Source: Bacteroidota bacterium
GTDB taxonomy: Bacteria > Bacteroidota > Bacteroidia > Chitinophagales > LD1
Assembly (NCBI GenBank): GCA_947475165.1
Contig: CANJLD010000007.1
Coordinates: forward strand, 83,131 to 147,130
Direction of reading: 5' to 3'
Length of the DNA stretch: 64,000 bases
Shown: in pieces, positions 29,260 to 36,800 of the stretch
How the letters are laid out: every line of letters starts with the position of its first letter
Numbering within the stretch: the stretch's first letter is position 1
Notes under the pieces: generated by a model
Databases searched by the model: none
What the model saw: only the letters and a program-made list of their open reading frames with translations
What the model was told of the DNA's origin: nothing
Position numbers and translations under genes: made by a program

Positions 29260-30183
29260 TTACGGTTTAATAAATTCAATATTTCTTTTCAAACCGCTAT
29301 ACTTTGTTCGCTTTACCGGTGAGCCTTTAAAAAGCTTTTTGAAAGTTTCTTCTGTCAGTTCTTCCCAATCTTTTCTGTTCATGTTCAGTAAATCAAGACT
29401 TGGCAAAAACTGCGACTCATTATGTTGTTTAGCCTGTGAATTGATTGGACAAACCTGCTGACATATATCGCAGCCAAACATCCAGTTTTCAAATTTGCCT
29501 TTCATTTCAGTTGGAAGAATTTCACCTTTCAGTTCAATGGTGAAATATGAAATGCACTTGCTGCCATCTACTTTGTACGGTTCGTAAATAGCATCGGTCG
29601 GGCAGGCATCAATACATTTTGTGCAACTGCCGCAATAATCTTTTACCGGTGAGTCGTATTCCAATTCAACATCCAGAATTATTTCTGCCAGAAAAAAATA
29701 AGAACCGTTGCGCTTGGAAAGAATATTGGTGTTCTTTCCTTGCCAGCCTATGCCGCTCCGTTGCGCCCATGCCCGCTCAAGCACAGGCGCAGAATCAACA
29801 AAACATCTTCCGTTTACTTCGCCAACTTGTTCTTTAATGAATGCGAAAAGCAATTCCAACTTCGCTTTCACTACATCATGATAATCTTTCCCGAGGGCAT
29901 ACATGGCAAGTTTAGGGGCATCATTCTTCTGTTTCGCTTCTGTATAATAGTTGTAAGAAAAAGTGATTACGCTCTTCGCTCCATCAACCAATAAGCGTGG
30001 GTCAATTCGTTTCTCAAAATTGTTTGCCATGTAAATCATCTTTCCATGAAGATTCTGGTTGAGCCATGCTTCCAGTATTCGCGCTTCATCGCTTAACAAC
30101 TCTGCCTTCGAAATACCACAGGCATCGAAACCTAAGCGCAAGGCTTCACGTTTAATAAGAGTAGTAAGCAAATGCTTGTTCAT
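29260..30183 (-). CDS. queG: tRNA epoxyqueuosine(34) reductase
   Basis: 307 aa with two 4Fe-4S motifs, [13 protein letters not shown] and CDICQQVCP. The N-terminal cobalamin-binding-like region is typical of QueG. Confidence 0.9.
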   Translation of the reverse strand: MNKHLLTTLIKREALRLGFDACGISKAELLSDEARILEAWLNQNLHGKMIYMANNFEKRIDPRLLVDGAKSVITFSYNYYTEAKQKNDAPKLAMYALGKDYHDVVKAKLELLFAFIKEQVGEVNGRCFVDSAPVLERAWAQRSGIGWQGKNTNILSKRNGSYFFLAEIILDVELEYDSPVKDYCGSCTKCIDACPTDAIYEPYKVDGSKCISYFTIELKGEILPTEMKGKFENWMFGCDICQQVCPINSQAKQHNESQFLPSLDLLNMNRKDWEELTEETFKKLFKGSPVKRTKYSGLKRNIEFIKP

Positions 30184-30288
30184 GCGGAATGTTCGCTGTG
30201 AAATAAGAAAATAATCTTAGCGTTTGTTTAATAATTGCTGAACGATTCGGTTACTTTCGTTTAGCATTTTTGAAAACAAAAAAGCAAT

Positions 30289-31191
30289 ATGAAATTTCTT
30301 CGCAACATATTTTTTCTCGCTTCAGCAATTTTGTTGTTGTTTCATGATGTTGCCAATGCAGCTCCACCGGTTGTAATTTCTGAAGAGGAGGAATGCAGTG
30401 AGGAAAGAAACATGAAAATTCTTTCGTGGAATATTTACATGCTACCGAAGATTGTTCCGAGTAAAGGGAAGTTGGAACGCGCACAGGCTATTGTTGATGA
30501 AATCAGAAAATCTGATTTCGATGTTATTGTTTTTCAAGAAGCGTTTTTGAAAGGTGCGAGAAAAGTTATTGCTGAAGGGTTGAAAGACATTTATCCGTAC
30601 GCCTACGGTCCTGCAAATGGTGAAAAAATTGATATACGAATAAGCAGTGGTGTTTGGGTGCTGAGTAAAACAAAATTGAAATTGCTGAATACCGTTCAGT
30701 TTAAAAACTGTACCGGTAACGATTGTTTCGCCCGTAAAGGAGCTATGTTGTTAGAAGGCGAGTGGAACGGCAAACCATTTCAAATTTTGGGAACGCATTT
30801 GCAAGCAGATGGATTCGACAAGATTCGCGAAAAGCAAATGGATCAGATTTATACGGAACTGCTTGCAGAGAATAAAAGGGAAGGAGTGCCGCAAATTATT
30901 TGCGGAGATATGAATACTGAATCGGAAATGAAGAGCCATTATTGCTCTATGCTTGACTGTCTGGACGCAGAAGATGGTGCTATAAGCAGTATAGAAAAAT
31001 GCAGTTACGATGGGGAGAATAACCCGATTTCCCAATCGTTTGGCGTAAGGAAGAAGACTAACTACGATTATATTTTAGTTCGCAACAATGGCATTAAAAT
31101 GAAAAGCATGAAACGCTTTGTAAGCGTAATGCGAAAGGGAAAGAAATTTCTCTCAGACCATTATGGTGTAGTTTGCGAGTTGAAGTTTTAA
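30289..31191 (+). CDS. Secreted endonuclease/exonuclease/phosphatase (sphingomyelinase-like) family protein
   Basis: 300 aa with a signal peptide. Motifs are ILSWNIYM, VIVFQEAF, GTHLQA, CGDMN and SDHYGV, the conserved EEP catalytic blocks. Confidence 0.75.
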   Translation: MKFLRNIFFLASAILLLFHDVANAAPPVVISEEEECSEERNMKILSWNIYMLPKIVPSKGKLERAQAIVDEIRKSDFDVIVFQEAFLKGARKVIAEGLKDIYPYAYGPANGEKIDIRISSGVWVLSKTKLKLLNTVQFKNCTGNDCFARKGAMLLEGEWNGKPFQILGTHLQADGFDKIREKQMDQIYTELLAENKREGVPQIICGDMNTESEMKSHYCSMLDCLDAEDGAISSIEKCSYDGENNPISQSFGVRKKTNYDYILVRNNGIKMKSMKRFVSVMRKGKKFLSDHYGVVCELKF

Positions 31192-31194
31192 CTA

Positions 31195-31220
31195 GATCCC
31201 CTAAAGGGGACTTAAATACA
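31195..31220 (+). repeat. REP-like palindromic element, copy D (truncated, forward orientation)
   Basis: AGATCCCCTAAAGGGGACTTAAATAC lies 4 nt after the EEP stop codon and lacks the ACCCCTAA arm. Confidence 0.7.
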
Positions 31221-31260
31221 AAAGCAAAAGCCGTTTCGATTTCGAAACGGCATTTGCTTT
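31221..31260. terminator. Bidirectional terminator hairpin between convergent genes
   Basis: AAAGCAAAAGCCGTTTCGA-TT-TCGAAACGGCATTTGCTTT is a 19-bp inverted repeat with one mismatch. Confidence 0.75.
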
Positions 31261-31275
31261 TTAGTTGTATTTGTA

Positions 31276-31304
31276 TTAAGTCCCCTTTAGGGGATTTAGG
31301 GGTT
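31276..31304 (-). repeat. REP-like palindromic element, copy E
   Basis: TTAAGTCCCCTTTAGGGGATTTAGGGGTT directly abuts the stop codon (31305-31307) of the minus-strand gene. Confidence 0.8.
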
Positions 31305-32210
31305 TTAATCTTCAAATCCTTCAGCAAAATCTGCTGGTGGTGCTGCTGTATTTGCTGCTGCCGGATTAGTTTCTTCTTCCGGTTTACGATTGTTCTTAGC
31401 TTCTAAACTTAACGTAGCGTGAGGCACAATGCGTAACCTTTCTTTCGGAATCAGCTTGCCGGTAACGCGGCAGATACCGTAAGTTTTGTTTTCAATTCTC
31501 ATCAACGCTAATTCCAGGTTGCGTATGTATTGGTGCTGGCGAGAAATTTGATTCATTAGGTATTCCATTTCAGAAGAATCGCTTCCCTCTTCCATGTTCC
31601 ATGCTTTGCTGCCTGCTTGGCTTTCGGTATGGTTATCTAATGATTCTTTCAAGTTCTTCAACTCATCGCGAGCAGAAACCAATTTACTATCAATAAGGTT
31701 TTTAAATTCTTTTAATTCTTTATCGCTGAAGCGCATATTCAAATTATCCATGTTTTTCTTCGTCTTGCTTGGTTTTTCCGAAGCCTGTTGTTGAGGCTTT
31801 GGTTGTGGTTTATAAAGTTGTTTAGCAAATGGTGTTACGTTATCTTTTACAATTCGTTGCACTACCACTTTTTGTGGCTTAACCGGTTTAACTGCTTTAG
31901 GTGCTTTTGCAACTTTTGCAGGTTTTACCGGCTTGGCAATTTTTTGAACTACCGGTTTAGCTTTAGCAGTTACTTTCTTGGCAACTGGTTTAGCTTTTAC
32001 TACTACTTTTTTCTTAGCTACCGGTTTAGCCTTTACTGTTTTCTTAGCTACTGGTTTAGCTTTCTTTACTGGTTTAGCAACTTTCTTGGCAACAGGCTTT
32101 GCCTTTTTTACCGGCTTAGAAACTTTCTTAGCCACCGGTTTACTTTTTGTTTTTGCAGGTTTTGCTTTAACAACTGCCTTCTTCTTATCCTTTCCTTTTG
32201 ACTTTGCCAT
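31305..32210 (-). CDS. DksA/TraR-like protein with an N-terminal histone-H1-like Lys/Ala/Pro repeat domain
   Basis: I prefer the start at 32210 (MAKSKGKDKKK). Roughly the first 165 aa are KPVAKK/KPVKKA repeats. The C-terminal 125 aa or so have DksA-like architecture, with a coiled coil (ELKEFKNLIDSKL...LKNLKESL) and then YGICRVTGKLIPKERLRIVPHATLSLEAK. Confidence 0.75.
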   Translation of the reverse strand: MAKSKGKDKKKAVVKAKPAKTKSKPVAKKVSKPVKKAKPVAKKVAKPVKKAKPVAKKTVKAKPVAKKKVVVKAKPVAKKVTAKAKPVVQKIAKPVKPAKVAKAPKAVKPVKPQKVVVQRIVKDNVTPFAKQLYKPQPKPQQQASEKPSKTKKNMDNLNMRFSDKELKEFKNLIDSKLVSARDELKNLKESLDNHTESQAGSKAWNMEEGSDSSEMEYLMNQISRQHQYIRNLELALMRIENKTYGICRVTGKLIPKERLRIVPHATLSLEAKNNRKPEEETNPAAANTAAPPADFAEGFED

Positions 32211-32358
32211 GTTTAAAAATTTAGCCGCGAATTTAACCAAATTGTTTATTGTCGCCATGAGTTAAAAAATTTAAGAGCGGGCAAAAGTAATAAAGCAAAT
32301 CACAGTTCATAACCTTAATAAATTGGCGGTTGAACAACGAAAATAAGCGAGCATTAGG

Positions 32359-33570
32359 ATGAAGAAAAAGGAGTTCCATACTTTCTTAAAGCAGTTCAGG
32401 TTCAACGATAAAAGTATTGCTACTAAACAGGAAGAACTTGTGATTAGCGGCAAGAAGTTTCCAGTCTTTATTAATGAATTTTGGACGGCAAAGCAGCGCC
32501 AGGCAAACTCTATTCATGAGGTTTCTTATCGCGCCTGTTTTAAGCCACAACTGCCACGTTTTTTTGTTGAGCTATTTACTAGCGAAGGCGATATTGTTTA
32601 CGACCCTTTTAATGGCAGAGGAACAACAACTGTTGAGGCTGCGTTACTTAACAGAAATATAATTGCCAACGATGTAAATCCCCTCAGTTTAATTTTTACC
32701 CGGCCGCGTATTTCAGTGCCTTCTATAATTGAAATTGAGGCGCGGTTAAATGAAGTTTCCCTCAGGAAAAATTTGAAAGCAGAGATTGAACTTTCGATGT
32801 TTTATGAAAAGAATACACTGGCGGAAATTGTATCGCTTCGCAATTATTTAAAGCAACGCTTACTTGAAAAGAAGGAAGATGATATTGACCGTTGGATAAG
32901 AATGGTGGCTACCAACCGCCTTACCGGACATTCAAATGGTTTCTTTTCGGTTTATACCCTTCCGCCTAATCAAGCAGTAACTGCTGAACGGCAGATAAAG
33001 ATTAACGTTGCCAACAAGCAAGAGCCGGAGTACCGCGATGTGAAAAAACTTATTCTGCGCAAATCAAAAGCTTTGATGCGCGATGTGAAAATTGAAAAGA
33101 CTGAAACTATTTCTGCCCTCTATTTAAACTGCGATGCTGCCGAAACAAAAAAAATAAAATCAGGCTCGGTTTCGCTTACGGTTACCTCTCCGCCATTTTT
33201 AGATGTGGTGCAGTACGCTGCCGATAACTGGTTGCGCTGTTGGTTTAATGATATTGATATGAGGCAAGTGGAACAGAAAATTACAATGAGCAAAACGGTG
33301 GAGGAATGGAGCAGCAAAATGCAGAAAGTGTTCAATGAACTTTATAGAATTACTGCGCCTAATGGAGTGGTGGCATTTGAAGTAGGAGAGGTGCGCAACG
33401 GAAAAATAAAATTAGAAGAGGCAGTGCTTCCTCTTGGCTTAAATACTGGTTTCGATTGCGAAGCTATTGTGATTAACGCACAAGAGTTCACTAAAACAGC
33501 TAATATTTGGGGCGTAAGCAATAACAGTTCGGGAACCAACTCGAACCGGATTGTGGTGTTTCGGAAGTAG
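32359..33570 (+). CDS. DNA amino-methyltransferase (N6-A or N4-C), orphan
   Basis: 403 aa. Motif I is VYDPFNGRGTTTVEA, near aa 80. Catalytic motif IV is LTVTSPPFLDVV, near aa 277. No nuclease gene is adjacent. Confidence 0.8.
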   Translation: MKKKEFHTFLKQFRFNDKSIATKQEELVISGKKFPVFINEFWTAKQRQANSIHEVSYRACFKPQLPRFFVELFTSEGDIVYDPFNGRGTTTVEAALLNRNIIANDVNPLSLIFTRPRISVPSIIEIEARLNEVSLRKNLKAEIELSMFYEKNTLAEIVSLRNYLKQRLLEKKEDDIDRWIRMVATNRLTGHSNGFFSVYTLPPNQAVTAERQIKINVANKQEPEYRDVKKLILRKSKALMRDVKIEKTETISALYLNCDAAETKKIKSGSVSLTVTSPPFLDVVQYAADNWLRCWFNDIDMRQVEQKITMSKTVEEWSSKMQKVFNELYRITAPNGVVAFEVGEVRNGKIKLEEAVLPLGLNTGFDCEAIVINAQEFTKTANIWGVSNNSSGTNSNRIVVFRK

Positions 33571-33661
33571 ATAATATTGCCCCCTAACTTACCGGTAATA
33601 AAAAATTTGCTTTAAGAAAATAAATAATTTACTTTCGGTAAACTAACTAAAACCAAAAGCT

Positions 33662-33808
33662 ATGGCCAAGAAAGCTAAAACCGTTACCCACAAGCAAAGT
33701 GTTTATCTAAACAAAGCAACCGGTCGTTTTACTTCCGCAAAGTATGCGAAGCAATATCCGGGAAAGGTAACTCGCAAAACAATTACTGTTACCAAGAAAC
33801 TTGGTTAA
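33662..33808 (+). CDS. Small highly basic protein (48 aa), unannotated
   Basis: Below the ORF-track cutoff. ATG at 33662 and TAA at 33806-33808 give MAKKAKTVTHKQSVYLNKATGRFTSAKYAKQYPGKVTRKTITVTKKLG. A strong terminator follows 15 nt downstream. Confidence 0.45.
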   Translation: MAKKAKTVTHKQSVYLNKATGRFTSAKYAKQYPGKVTRKTITVTKKLG

Positions 33809-33822
33809 TAGCATTGTGCCAA

Positions 33823-33860
33823 CAAAAAAAAGAGCGAACAATTTGTTCGCTCTTTTTTTT
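33823..33860. terminator. Bidirectional rho-independent terminator
   Basis: AAAAAAAAGAGCGAACA-ATT-TGTTCGCTCTTTTTTTT has an A-run and a T-run on either side. It lies between the small ORF (+) and the CotH gene (-). Confidence 0.85.
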
Positions 33861-33875
33861 GCTCCTGCTTTTTGA

Positions 33876-36800
33876 TTAGCGTATCAGTGTAATAGTTGCT
33901 GCTTTAAAAAAATCTTTTTCCTGCGTCTTAACACGCACTATGCAACTGTATACTCCCATATCACAATCCTTTCCATTAAATGTTCCATCCCAAGGATGCC
34001 CAACATTGTTAGTTTCAAAAACCTTCTGTCCCCAGCGATTGTAGATTTGCATATTGAAACTTATATACGGAAAGCCAATTACAATATTGTAATCACTATT
34101 CTCGGAATGGTTATAGTTATAATTTGATGAACAGAAGAATACGTTAGGAATACCTATTGTGCCTAATGTATCTGTGATTGGTTCCTTTTCTTTAAACCAT
34201 GCAATCACCGTATCGGGTTGCTGAACCTGAATGAACACAATAGGAGTGGTGCTGTTAGGAATTGGTGAGTGATAAATAAAATCGTAATGGTCAAATACAT
34301 AGTTGTAAGTATGGTTGGTAGTAGTTACTACATTTCCGCTTGCATCAAAATCAAGATTGGTTCCTTCTTCAAATCTGCCTTTCCATGGATAGCCGGATGG
34401 AGTGATTCCACCAACAATTATTTTTCCTGCAAAATGATTTGGCGCAACATCCACTACAATATCAAACGAATCAAGCGGAATTAAACTGAACTCTGCCGTA
34501 AGTGTATCGTCCTGCGTAATAGTAAAGTTGGCAGTAGCCGAAGAGTTGTTTGGCGTAAGTGTATGATAAAGCAATGTCCAGTTAGTGAAAGAGTAACCGG
34601 TGTTTGCTGCAGACGAAATATTGATAAGCGTTCCATCATTAAACTGCAGCGTAACCGGATACGATGGAGGTGTTGTTCCATTTACCGTAGCGTTTCCGCT
34701 ACCGGTTGGGTTTATCATTACCGTCAAATTGCGGATTATAGGATTTACGGTAAAGTTGGCAACTAAGGTATCATCTACGGTTATATTAAAGTTGGCATTA
34801 GCCGAAGAGTTATTTGGCATAAGCGTATGATTCAGTAAAGTCCAGTTGGCAAATGTGTAACCACCATTTTGCGTAGCAATAATGTTTAGCGGTGTGCCAT
34901 CTACAAATTGCATTACTGCAGGATACGCCCCCGGTGTAGTGCCATTCACACTTACGTTTCCGCCACCAGCAGGGTTAACTAATACAGTTAGGTTAAAAGT
35001 ATCGGGACTTGGAATTAGAGTGAAGTTGGCAATCAGTGTATCGTTTGCAGTAATGTTGAAGTTAGCGTTAGCAGAAGTATTATTCGGAGTAAGCGTATGA
35101 TGAAGAATTGTCCAGTTAGCAAAGGTGTAACCACCGTTTTGTGTGGCAATAATGTTTAGCGGAGTGCCATCTACAAATTGTAATACTGCCGGATATGCGC
35201 CCGGTGTAGTGCCATTCACACTTACGTTTCCGCTACCAGCAGGGTTAACTAATACGGTTAGGTTAAAAGTATCAGGACTTGGAATTAGAGTGAAGTTGGC
35301 AATCAGTGTATCGTTAGCTGTAATGTTGAAGTTAGCGTTAGCTGAAGTATTATTCGGAGTAAGCGCGTGGTGTAAAATTGTCCAGTTAGCAAAGGTGTAA
35401 CCACCGTTTTGTGTGGCAATAATGTTTAGCGGAGTGCCATCTACAAATTGTAATACTGCCGGATATGCTCCCGGTGTAGTTCCGTTTACGCTTACATTTC
35501 CTCCACCGGCAGGGTTAACTAATACGGTTAAGTTAAATGTATCTGGTATTACGGTAAAGTTGGCAATGAGGGTATCGTTGGCGGTAATAGTAAAATTGGC
35601 ATTAGCCGAAGTATTGTTTGGTGTAAGCGCATGATGCAGAATTGTCCAGTTAGCAAAAGCGTAACCGGTGTTAGCAGTGGCTATTACATTTACAGGAGTT
35701 CCGTCAACAAATTGAATTACTGCCGGATATGCACCTGGTGTGGTTCCGTTTACGCTTACGTTTCCGCCACCGGCAGGGTTTACCAGTACCGTTAAGTTAA
35801 ACGTATCGGGATTTACTGTGTAATTAGCTACAAGAGTATCGTCTTGTGTAATGGTGAAACTTACGTTTGCCGAAGTGTTATTCGGATTTAAAGCATGATG
35901 CAACAGAAACCAGTTAGCAAAAGTGTAACCGGTGTTCGCAGTTTCGGAAATAGTTAATGCGGTGTTGATTGGAAAGCGCATTACTGTTGGGTACAATGCC
36001 GGGGTAACTCCGTTCACTGTAATGTTTCCGGCACCTACCGGGTTTACATACACGGTTAAATCAACTGAATCTGAAGGAACAAAAACTGCTACTACAGAAT
36101 CGGGTGTGGTTCCCATATCAAAATACATACTGTCAACGGTGGTAGATGGCAGTGCCGTGTGGCTTATAGTTTGCCAGTGCGAAAACACATAACCTGTATC
36201 TGCATTTGCTTTAAACGTAACGTTTATTCCTCCAAAATAATTAGAAGTGTAAACGTAATTGGTTGGTGTAATAGTGTTGCCGATAGTAACCGTGCCGGCA
36301 CCGACAGGATAAACATCTACTGCTAAATGATAAGGACCTGATACCTGATAACAGGTATCAAATGCAGTAGTAAAAAATGCACAGCGGCCGGAAATCTGAT
36401 TACGCAGATACTGCACATTGTTTTGCCATGTGGTATAGCTTCCGCTCCATCTGGTGCATTGTCTTTGCATTTCGGGCTGAATACGCGCCACCATACTATC
36501 TAAGTGATTCAGCATATTGGTGCAGTTGAATGCACCGTTCAAATGTTCCGCCATCCGGTTAACGTACAGGGCTTCAAATGCTGGGTTGGTCATCAGTTTA
36601 TTGAAGATGACAATATGCCCTTGTTGGGAGCCAATGTTCGGGTTACTGTATTGCCCTCCGGCAGCATTGTTAATATCGCAAGGGCTCGCGTTGTTTGTCG
36701 TATTACCCCAGCCGGTATAATCCTGACCGAGATTGAATGTGTTGTCTGTATCCCATAGATAGTATTTCCATTTTATATTGTTTGGCTGTTTACGTCCGCG

